18,226 nucleotides of DNA from Bdellovibrionota bacterium (GCA_044356455.1 JBIKWF010000093.1:1-18226), one strand, 5' to 3'. Numbered from the stretch's first letter, positions 1 through 7,172 are shown. Notes: a model not told the origin generated them from the sequence alone. A program made the numbers and translations.

Positions 1-1032
1 CGCGACGAGTCCCACGACTTCCTCAAGCGTCAAATCCGCAAAGAGAAATGAGCCAATGGCTTCTCCAAGTTCAAGCACAAGATTCGTGCACAGCGCCGCC
101 GACCAAGCGCCCTTTTCGGTGAGCTTGCCCTCTTCCACGTACCCAAGACGACCAAGACCTTCAAGCATCTTGCGAAGCGTGACGGCTTGGCGACTTTCAA
201 CATCCTCAGCTTCACGCAGTTTTCTGCGTACGCGCTTTTCGGCCTTTTTCTTTGCCTCACCAGCCAGCTTGGGGCCTGACTCTGAAAAGAGCTCTGCCTC
301 CATGTGCATACTTTCTGCGCGAATATGGTGCGCTGCCTTACGGTCGAGGAACGACGCCAAACTTCTCTCTACCGTGAATTGGAGATCGTCAACATTTCTG
401 AATTTAAGCAGGTTAAGGATCGTTGAAGGCGCAGCAAAATAAGCTGACCGCAATGGCTCAGGGGGCTGACGCGAAACTTCGTGAATGACGCGCGCGTCAG
501 AGAAGGTTCCAGGAGCAACGAGGCAAAACCCCACGGCATCCCGTCCTCGGCGCCCGGCTCGTCCTGACATTTGCTGAAACTCAGAGGCACTCAAGGTGTT
601 AAAACCCTCATTGCCGCGTTTGCTATGAGCGGTAATCACCACCGAACGCGCAGGGAAATCCACTCCCGCCGCAACCGTTCCTGTTGCAATCATAAGCCGT
701 AGCGCGCTCTTGGTCATGAGCTCTTCAAGCAGCAAGCGCCAGGCGAGAAGCTGTCCCGCATGATGCGCGCCGCAGCCTGTTTGGATAAGCGCTTCATACT
801 GGACATGGCCAAGAATCACCGAGCGCTCGAGCTGGTATTTTACAATCAAAGCCTCTACCTCGGCGGCAAGAGACTTCTGCTGCGCCTCGGGAATAATAGC
901 GGAGCGCGTTCGGGAAAGTTTAAGAATGTCCGTGTCGCACTGCCTTCGTGAAGTGCGAAAAAGTATGGCAGGGAGCAAATTGTCCGCAGCAAGCTGCTGG
1001 ATAAGTTTGGGAGCTGGATATTCCTGAATCAT
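1..1032 (-). CDS. Ski2/HelY-like SF2 helicase, C-terminal half (RecA2 domain plus helical/DSHCT-type region); runs off the left edge
   Basis: Absent from the ORF track because no stop lies in the window. Manual translation from ATG at 1032 gives MIQEYPAPKLIQQLAADNLLPAILFRTSRRQCD (motif IV), AHHAG, IATGTVAAGVDFPARSVV (motif V), EFQQMSGRAGRRGRD (motif VI), PLRSAYFAAPSTILNLL and LGRLGYVEEGKLTEKG. The frame is open to base 1. GAGG lies 6 nt before the ATG. Confidence 0.9.
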   Translation of the reverse strand, partial: MIQEYPAPKLIQQLAADNLLPAILFRTSRRQCDTDILKLSRTRSAIIPEAQQKSLAAEVEALIVKYQLERSVILGHVQYEALIQTGCGAHHAGQLLAWRLLLEELMTKSALRLMIATGTVAAGVDFPARSVVITAHSKRGNEGFNTLSASEFQQMSGRAGRRGRDAVGFCLVAPGTFSDARVIHEVSRQPPEPLRSAYFAAPSTILNLLKFRNVDDLQFTVERSLASFLDRKAAHHIRAESMHMEAELFSESGPKLAGEAKKKAEKRVRRKLREAEDVESRQAVTLRKMLEGLGRLGYVEEGKLTEKGAWSAALCTNLVLELGEAIGSFLFADLTLEEVVGLVA

Positions 1033-1847
1033 CGGCGGCCTCGCTGCGAACCACGAGGGCCTCTTGAGCTTCGTCTATCATTTCCACGAAAGCCCCCTCT
1101 TCTTCCACCTGAAGGCCCGCGCCCCGCGGACTCATGGCCGGGGTGACCGTAATACTGCTGCACTTCGCGAAACACATGTCCACGCTCGTCAGTCAGTGGG
1201 AGTACTCCCATGTCAGGATGCAAGAAGCCAAAGCGCAATTCCACAGGCCTGTCCTTTTTCGTCACGACGCGGCACGGCTTCTGACGGACCTCTTCGATCC
1301 ATTCTTTAATTTCGTTTGCGTTAGAAATTGAGGCTGAAAGCATAAGCAAGGTCGAGGAGCGCGGAGTAAGAATAATGCTCTCTTCCCAAACAGGCCCACG
1401 CTGCGGATCCGCAATAAAATGAACCTCATCAAGAATCACAAGCGAATAACGCTCGGTACCTCGGTAGAGTTCATTACGATAAATTTCTGTGGTGGCTACT
1501 ACCACATCCGCGTCGCCTTCTATCTTTCTATCCCCCGTGAGAAGCCCGACGGTGTGCGTTGGTTCAAAACGCTTCTTGAGGTCGGTGTATTTAGTATTCG
1601 AAAGTGCTTTAAGGGGCGTCGTATACACGGAGCGTGATTTCTGTCCGAGCGCAGCTTTGATGGCTTCAAGCGCGATATAGGTTTTGCCAGAGCCTGTGGG
1701 CGCCACGACGAGGGTATCTACACCCTCAGTAACACTCAGCACCGCCTCGCTCTGAAAATCATCGATAACAAAGTCCGTCACGGGGGGAGTTCCGATTCCG
1801 GAGAGAAGCCTTGCGCGCGCTTCTTCTATGTAATGTCCACGGCTCAT
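1029..1847 (-). CDS. Ski2/HelY-like DEVH-box helicase, N-terminal half (RecA1 ATP-binding domain) with Arg/Gly-rich C-terminal tail
   Basis: APTGSGKT (motif I), YTTPLKALSNTKY (Ia), LLTGD, ATTEIYRN (Ib), ILDEVH (II), LSAS (III), RPVEL. Ends GRGPSGGRRGGFRGNDRRSSRGPRGSQRGRR*. ATG at 1847 preferred (GAGGA upstream); TTG at 1865 is the alternative. Confidence 0.9.
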   Translation of the reverse strand: MSRGHYIEEARARLLSGIGTPPVTDFVIDDFQSEAVLSVTEGVDTLVVAPTGSGKTYIALEAIKAALGQKSRSVYTTPLKALSNTKYTDLKKRFEPTHTVGLLTGDRKIEGDADVVVATTEIYRNELYRGTERYSLVILDEVHFIADPQRGPVWEESIILTPRSSTLLMLSASISNANEIKEWIEEVRQKPCRVVTKKDRPVELRFGFLHPDMGVLPLTDERGHVFREVQQYYGHPGHESAGRGPSGGRRGGFRGNDRRSSRGPRGSQRGRR

Positions 1848-1880
1848 AAACAACCTATTCCTCAAAAACCCCTGTCACCT

Positions 1881-1944
1881 GGACACTGCCCCTTGAGCGG
1901 ACACTGCCCCTTGAGCGGACACTGCCTTATGAGCAGACACCGCC
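1881..1944. repeat. 18-bp tandem repeat, about 3.5 copies
   Basis: ggacactgccccttgagc (1881-1898), identical copy (1899-1916), ggacactgccttatgagc (1917-1934), partial agacaccgcc (1935-1944). Confidence 0.95.
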
Positions 1945-1973
1945 GCCAGGGCATTGCGCCAAATTGGCAATGA

Positions 1974-2828
1974 CTAATGAACATTACTTCCTTCAGTATC
2001 AAAGCGGCACGAGATAAATTTCTTAAGGTGCTGATCCGTAGTGGCGAGCAACTCTTGCAAGGTCCCCTGAAACGTAACCGTCCCATCAAACAAAGCAAAG
2101 ATTTTCTCTACCACCGGCAGCAAGCGCCTTAAATCCTGACTCACAATAAGCATCGTTGGTTTGTATTCCCGATGCATCTCCACTATCAAATTCATTATTA
2201 CGCTGCTCGCCACCGGATCGAGTCCGGCCGTGGGGTCATCGAGCATGACGTACGGGGGGCGAGCCACCAGGGCCCGCGCCAGAGAAACTCTTTTACGCAT
2301 GCCCCCACTTAACTGACCAGGAACTTTATACGCCGCGGCGGTAAGCCCGACCCGCTCGAGCATGGCAGAGACACGTTCGTGCACCGAAACGGCAACTTCA
2401 TGCGGGAGGTGGGCCGAAGGGACCTGTCCTCCTACCAAGGGGAAAGCGACATTATCGTAGACCGTAAGGGAATCGAAGAGCGCGCCTTCTTGAAACATCA
2501 GGGCCAAGTCCTTACGAGAGTGCGGGGTTTCCGTGCCGCCTACCGCCGCAAGAAAACCGCTGCCCTGCTCATTCGAATTCTTGCCAAGGCGATGCGTTCG
2601 AATTCCGCCGTCGACGTCTACGGGACCTGCCGAGGTCTCAACCCCACTCACAAAGATACGGCCTGAGTGGGGACGAAACACCCCTCCCATCACCTTAAGG
2701 AGAACACTCTTGCCCGCTCCTCCTGGGCCAATGAGACCAGAAAGCGACCCTTCGGGGAGCTCTAGAGAAACATGGTGAAGAACGGTTCGCGAACCAAAGG
2801 ACCGCGAAATATTATCGACTCTTAGCAT
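1974..2828 (-). CDS. MlaF/Mkl-like ABC transporter ATP-binding protein with degenerate catalytic residues
   Basis: Walker A GPGGAGKS; MFQEGALFDSLTVYDNVAFPL (Q-loop typical of MlaF); signature LSGGMRKRVSLARAL; Walker B YVMLDDPTAGLDP; switch VSQD. Start is ATG 2828 (MLRVDNIS) or GTG 2858. Confidence 0.85.
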   Translation of the reverse strand: MLRVDNISRSFGSRTVLHHVSLELPEGSLSGLIGPGGAGKSVLLKVMGGVFRPHSGRIFVSGVETSAGPVDVDGGIRTHRLGKNSNEQGSGFLAAVGGTETPHSRKDLALMFQEGALFDSLTVYDNVAFPLVGGQVPSAHLPHEVAVSVHERVSAMLERVGLTAAAYKVPGQLSGGMRKRVSLARALVARPPYVMLDDPTAGLDPVASSVIMNLIVEMHREYKPTMLIVSQDLRRLLPVVEKIFALFDGTVTFQGTLQELLATTDQHLKKFISCRFDTEGSNVH

Positions 2829-2873
2829 CAACGAAATCTTTAAGAACAGCTCAAACACTCTCCCGAGAGCATC

Positions 2874-3995
2874 TCACGCATCAAGCTGCGGGAGACATCC
2901 TTCCGCCTCGCTCGAACTTTCACCACGTTCAGACCTCATGCTTGGCTCACTTGCCCCGAGATCGTGGGCCCCAGAATCATGCGATTGCGGGCTCCCCATA
3001 GAAAAAGTCCCTTCGCGCACTGCCGTCAAGATCTTCCGTTGCTCTTCAAACGTATTCACGCGCAGCAACTCTTTACGCCAGGCATGCCCTCGAAGCATCT
3101 GAGATGCCAATTGCTTCATTTTGCCGGTACGAGCCTTGGGCAAGAACTCTTCCGTGAGGAGATCAGCATAGCGTTCTAAGACTGAGACCGCCAGGCTGGT
3201 ATCTTGGCGTAGGGGCTTCTTAACGCCCGTTACAATCTCGTCAAAAATAAAAGGGTTCATCAGGGCGCCGCGCCCAATAAGTGCCCCGTCGAGCGTTTTT
3301 CGTCCGCTCCCGGCATCCAATTCCTGAGGCCGAACTACTCGGTTGAGGTAACTCGGCAAGTCAACTACGTCCCCACTCCCAAGCACGGGAATAGAGACCG
3401 AGTCTCTGACTTTCCACACCATGCCCCAATCTGCATCACCTCGGTAAAGCTGCGCCCGCGTGCGGCCATGAATCGCTATTGCATCAACTCCCGACTGCTC
3501 GCACATATGAGCAATATCGAGGCAGTTCCGAGATTCTTGATCCCAGCCAGAGCGCATCTTAAGGGTCAAAGGCACCTTAACGGCAGCCCGCACAGTTTCT
3601 ACTATTTTTTGAAGGTGGTTCGGTTGACGCATGAGCTCACAGCCCCCTCCTTTGCGCACGACCTTAGGCGCAGGGCAGCCGCAGTTGATATCAACGATGT
3701 CAGCTCCGGCATCCTGGGCCATAAGCGCGCCGTCGCGCATGCGGTTCACATCAAATCCAAAGATCTGAATGCAGAAAGGATGCTCAAGATCCTTATGCCG
3801 CATCATGTCCAGACTACGTCTGACGTTCCGCGTAAGGGCCTCGACTGAAATGAACTCGGTTACGACAAGCCCGACCGACCCAGGATTTAGCTCCTTTATC
3901 AGGGTGCGAAAGGACATACACGTCACCCCACTCATGGGAGCAAGGACGAGGCCTGGGTTAATTTCAATATTTCCTAAGCGGTAGGACGTTAGCAT
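2874..3995 (-). CDS. dusB: tRNA-dihydrouridine synthase (DusB/NifR3-like)
   Basis: LAPMSGVT, IQIFG, DINCGCPAPKV (catalytic Cys), LKMRSGW, IHGRTRAQLYRGDADW, GSGDV, IGRGALMNPFIF. Confidence 0.9.
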   Translation of the reverse strand: MLTSYRLGNIEINPGLVLAPMSGVTCMSFRTLIKELNPGSVGLVVTEFISVEALTRNVRRSLDMMRHKDLEHPFCIQIFGFDVNRMRDGALMAQDAGADIVDINCGCPAPKVVRKGGGCELMRQPNHLQKIVETVRAAVKVPLTLKMRSGWDQESRNCLDIAHMCEQSGVDAIAIHGRTRAQLYRGDADWGMVWKVRDSVSIPVLGSGDVVDLPSYLNRVVRPQELDAGSGRKTLDGALIGRGALMNPFIFDEIVTGVKKPLRQDTSLAVSVLERYADLLTEEFLPKARTGKMKQLASQMLRGHAWRKELLRVNTFEEQRKILTAVREGTFSMGSPQSHDSGAHDLGASEPSMRSERGESSSEAEGCLPQLDA

Positions 3996-4003
3996 AGCGA
4001 CCA

Positions 4004-4032
4004 ATAGTACCGGGGACCCCTGTCTTGGTCAA
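4004..4032 (-). promoter_or_regulatory. sigma70-type promoter for the dus-ABC ATPase-helicase cluster
   Basis: Minus strand TTGACC (4032-4027), 17 nt, TACTAT (4009-4004). An A/T-rich tract lies directly upstream of the -35. Confidence 0.65.
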
Positions 4033-4161
4033 AAATTAAGCATTTTTAGGCAATTGGGCCTCCAAGTCAGCTTCTTTTTGAGGGCAGACGAGGCTCACAC
4101 GCTCAGGAGAGGAGGCCCGGCTTAATCGTCTCTATAACTTAGAGGGGCAGGTTGAGGTGCA

Positions 4162-5670
4162 TTAAGAAATGAGCTTTTTCAGAGGAGTCCCCCCTGCTTC
4201 CAAGAAGCACTTCCGCACCTGCTTGGCGAGCTCATCAATAGTGAATGGTTTCTGAATAAACCCAAGCCCGCCTGAGCGCAGAACGGATTGAATGGCGTCT
4301 TCAGAAGCAAATCCACTAATGAGAAGCACCCGAATATTTTGATTCAGCTCCTTCAAACGGAAAAAGACCTTATCCCCAGACATCTGAGGCATGAGCATAT
4401 CAAGCAGGACAAGATCGAAGCCTCCAGGGCTACGCTGATAGAGTTCTAGAGCCTCGGTGCCCGATGCTGCCACTTCTACTTCGTAACCTAAGTGCTGAAG
4501 GCTCAAGGAGAGGACATTTCGCACCGAATACTCGTCATCAATTATAAGAATACGCTCCGTACCACGTTGAAGCTCAGCGGCCTTTGCTTCTGCCTTTGGA
4601 GCCTCTCGGGAAGAATCCTCAAGCATAGGAAAGTAGACGTTTATTTCGGAACCGACATTCATCTCCGAAATAACCTCAATTGCTCCGCCCATTTGGCGCA
4701 CTATCGCTGCGACCGTTGAAAGTCCTAACCCCGTCCCCTTTTCCTTCTTTGTCGAGAAATAAGGTTCGAACATGCGGTCCATGACTTCTTGGCTCATGCC
4801 ATGTCCGTTATCGCGAACTCCAAGCACCACATAGGCTGCGCAAGGCAGCTCTTCACTTCCAAAGACTCTTCTAAGCCGCGCCCCTTCATCACAGAGTCGC
4901 ACTTCAATCTCAATATGCCCCCCACTCGCAAGAGCATCGCGCGCATTGATGGCAAGATTTACGATGATTTGAGCAACCCGGCCTTCTACTCCCAAGAGGC
5001 AGAGAGGTTTGGGGGGCGCTTTGAACTGGAGCTGGAACTCGGGAGAAATTGCGCCGCGTAAGAGACTCACCGTACGCGCCGTGAGGTCGCCTAGATCTAC
5101 CTCGCACGTTGCTTCAGCGGGATCGATTTTAGAAAAGCTCAGAATCTGCTGAGAAATAGAAGTTGCTTTACGAGCCCCTTCCTCAATCGCCTTTAGTGAT
5201 TCTGTGTGCGGGCCCTTGGGAGGCAGTATGGTCTTTAGATAAGTGACATGCCCAAGTATGCCAGTCAGAACATTATTAAAATCGTGCGCCACGCCACTTG
5301 CGAGAAGCCCAAGAGTTTCGAGGCGCTGAGTGCGAAAATCGGTCAAGAGCTCATTCTTAGAGCCGCCCGCGACCACGCGGAAAACGGCCTCGCCGCCATC
5401 CAGCTGGTGAAGCTGCAACTTTACAGAGAAGGATTCACCCGAGGGTACCGACCAATCACACCGAATCTCCTCCTGAGAGAAATCCGCGCTAAGCGCCTCT
5501 GGCCAAAAATCCTGGAGAGGAAGGCTGGCAGCTCCTTCGAGAGGGGAAATATGGAGAAAGGTAAAAAAAGCGTGGTTAGCAAATACACATTGTCTTTGTG
5601 CATCAAGGACAAATAAGGGCTCCTTGAGTGCATCTAGCGCGGACCTCAGAAGCGTTATTGACCCTCTCAT
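4162..5670 (-). CDS. Cytoplasmic hybrid sensor histidine kinase/response regulator (PAS-HisKA-HATPase-REC, CckA-like)
   Basis: PAS-like start (PLFVLDAQRQCVFANHAF), H-box GVAHDFNNVL, N-box QIIVNLAINARDAL, DNGHGM, FEPYFSTK, GTGLGL; receiver IIDDE, LLDMLMP, KPF. No transmembrane segment seen. Confidence 0.93.
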   Translation of the reverse strand: MRGSITLLRSALDALKEPLFVLDAQRQCVFANHAFFTFLHISPLEGAASLPLQDFWPEALSADFSQEEIRCDWSVPSGESFSVKLQLHQLDGGEAVFRVVAGGSKNELLTDFRTQRLETLGLLASGVAHDFNNVLTGILGHVTYLKTILPPKGPHTESLKAIEEGARKATSISQQILSFSKIDPAEATCEVDLGDLTARTVSLLRGAISPEFQLQFKAPPKPLCLLGVEGRVAQIIVNLAINARDALASGGHIEIEVRLCDEGARLRRVFGSEELPCAAYVVLGVRDNGHGMSQEVMDRMFEPYFSTKKEKGTGLGLSTVAAIVRQMGGAIEVISEMNVGSEINVYFPMLEDSSREAPKAEAKAAELQRGTERILIIDDEYSVRNVLSLSLQHLGYEVEVAASGTEALELYQRSPGGFDLVLLDMLMPQMSGDKVFFRLKELNQNIRVLLISGFASEDAIQSVLRSGGLGFIQKPFTIDELAKQVRKCFLEAGGTPLKKLIS

Positions 5671-5749
5671 CGAACAATCTCACCACTCAAACGACATACT
5701 TCAGTGAACACGGGCTAAAACCTATCGCACACCGGCCTCTGAAGCACCT

Positions 5750-5882
5750 AGGGAACCTCTAAAAAAGTCTACTCTGCGATCTCGGCGCCCTCGGTAGTTC
5801 ATTTAAAAGGTCGAAAAACCACAGAGGACACAGAGATCGCAGAGACAATAAATTGAATACCGAGGTCTTTCAGAAGCCCCCT
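5750..5882 (-). repeat. 133-bp nested inverted-repeat element (MITE/REP-like or structured RNA)
   Basis: Outer arms 5750-5766 and 5866-5882. Inner 28-nt arms 5772-5799 and 5817-5844 (ctctgcgatctc... / ...accacagaggacacagagatcgcagag) with 23/28 Watson-Crick pairs. Confidence 0.75.
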
Positions 5883-5891
5883 CGCGAAGTA

Positions 5892-5920
5892 AAACTAGGC
5901 TACTTGAAGCATTCTGACAA
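5892..5920 (-). promoter_or_regulatory. Candidate sigma70 promoter firing into the hairpin element and the hybrid kinase
   Basis: Minus strand TTGTCA (5920-5915), 17 nt, TAGTTT (5897-5892). A direct repeat gcattctga at 5909-5917 and 5924-5932 overlaps the -35. Confidence 0.4.
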
Positions 5921-6404
5921 ACGGCATTCTGAATTGGCGAGCAAGATAACATCAGAGCCTCTCCCCTCACGCGATCCCGAGGACTGTTGATTTTACTGGA
6001 CTTCAAAATGATGGACGCGTTAAAAAACTCGCGGACTTAGCACTATACGTTGTTTACTCACGAAGGAAGAAATTCGAAACAGCTGCTTAAGCGCAAAAAG
6101 TTGGATGAAAGACTCTCATTTGAACGGCAGGATTCGCTTTGATGGATCCTCCGGAGGGCGAGATGAATCAGAAGTACTAACCTGTGCTTGGATGCTTGTG
6201 AGACCTGAAAAGGTGTCAAAAGTTTGGCAGCAGTTGGTTTTATTAGGCGCGGTTACAAGGAAGATTTTGGGGCTTCGAAAGACGTCGAGCCACGAAACTT
6301 TCGGTGGGTTAAACTTTGCATGGTTCTCATGGTGAGCGCAGTTTCTGCACTGACCATCGAATGCTGCCGGAACGATGCAATTTGAACGGCAAGGAGTACG
6401 AAGT

Positions 6405-6722
6405 ATGTCAGATTCGATTAAGGGCAAAGTGAAGTGGTTCAATGATGCCAAGGGATTTGGTTTCATCGAGCATCCAAGTGGCAAGGACGTTTTCGTCCAC
6501 TACTCAGTTATTGAAATTGAGGGCTTTAAAACCCTTAAGGACGGTGAGGAAGTAGTGTATGAAATCAAGGAAGGCCCCAAGGGACTTCAAGCTGCAAAAG
6601 TGGTTCGCACTGCGCCTCCCGAGGAAGCGGCATCAGAAGAAGGTGCTGCTCAGGGGACTGAAGCTACTTCGACCTCCGATAGTTCGACCTCTGATAGCTC
6701 GAACTTGTCGCAAATGAATTAA
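6405..6722 (+). CDS. Cold-shock domain protein (CspA/CspD family) with an acidic Ser/Thr-rich C-terminal tail
   Basis: [15 protein letters not shown] (RNP1), DVFVHYS (RNP2), [26 protein letters not shown] at 6391-6396 supports ATG 6405. Confidence 0.95.
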   Translation: MSDSIKGKVKWFNDAKGFGFIEHPSGKDVFVHYSVIEIEGFKTLKDGEEVVYEIKEGPKGLQAAKVVRTAPPEEAASEEGAAQGTEATSTSDSSTSDSSNLSQMN

Positions 6723-6768
6723 GCGCAATTCGGCGAATAGCTCCGAGATAAATATACGAGTCTCGGAT

Positions 6769-6869
6769 AAAAAGAAGGCCGCTTTCTCAAGCAAGGCCTC
6801 AAAAGACTACTCTTAAGAGATTAAAAGTAGTTTCCTTTGAGGACTTCGAGAAAGCGGCCTCTTTATTTT
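6769..6869. terminator. Long bidirectional terminator-like hairpin between the convergent csp and histone genes
   Basis: Perfect 13-bp stem aggccgctttctc (6776-6788) / gagaaagcggcct (6848-6860), flanked by an A-run on the left and a T-rich run on the right, with further inner stems. Confidence 0.7.
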
Positions 6870-6935
6870 AGTGTCGCGTATTTTAGTGTCGCATGAGAAT
6901 CATAGCCCTCAGGCAAGAGCTATGAATCTAAGGCA

Positions 6936-7172
6936 CTAGGCAAGCGCCGTAAAATCGCGATCCATTACAGTCTTCCGACCGTCATTCTTCGCATTCTCAA
7001 TAGCCTTGTCGCAGAGCTTACGCACAATCGCGGAGATCGCCGGGGCGACTGAACCAGCGGTGTTAAATCCTGACTGGGCGCGAATGTAATTCTTAACCTT
7101 GGAAACGACGACCAGCACCTCAGCGTCGCTGCCCATCTCTACGGTATCTTGATTCTCAGCAGTATTGTTCAT
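6936..7172 (-). CDS. Bacterial histone-fold protein (Bd0055-type singlet)
   Basis: AEVLVVVSKVKNYIR...NT...AIENAKNDGRKTVMDRDF closely matches Bdellovibrio Bd0055 as recalled (AEVLVVTSKVK...AKADGRKTVMARD). It has the histone-fold RKTV..D motif. SD GAGGG lies before ATG 7172. Confidence 0.92.
   Translation of the reverse strand: MNNTAENQDTVEMGSDAEVLVVVSKVKNYIRAQSGFNTAGSVAPAISAIVRKLCDKAIENAKNDGRKTVMDRDFTALA

Noticed and set aside
1033..1074. Programmed -1 frameshift joining the helicase halves
   Set aside because: No slippery heptamer lies in the only interval where both frames are open. An ATGA overlap with an SD is the simpler explanation.
1881..1944. Possible mini CRISPR array
   Set aside because: The repeats abut with no spacers, are only 18 bp, and no cas genes are present.
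1862..2098. 78-aa ORF with QCPLKG repeats
   Set aside because: It is only the translation of the 18-bp tandem repeat, and it overlaps the ABC ATPase in another frame.
4056..4118. 8-bp inverted repeat gggcctcc/ggaggccc after the hybrid kinase
   Set aside because: The loop is 47 nt and no U-tract follows, so it is compatible with chance.
5750..5882. 6S RNA
   Set aside because: It is shorter than typical 6S RNA, and the internal loop is strongly asymmetric (about 21 versus 5 nt) rather than a central bubble.
5803..6006. 67-aa ORF ending YCLCDLCVLCG
   Set aside because: The Cys pattern is a translation artefact of the ctctgtg-type repeat arm, not a metal-binding protein.
6105..6335. 76-aa ORF upstream of csp
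   Set aside because: No clear SD and no recognisable motif. It cannot be supported without expression data, though it is not excluded.
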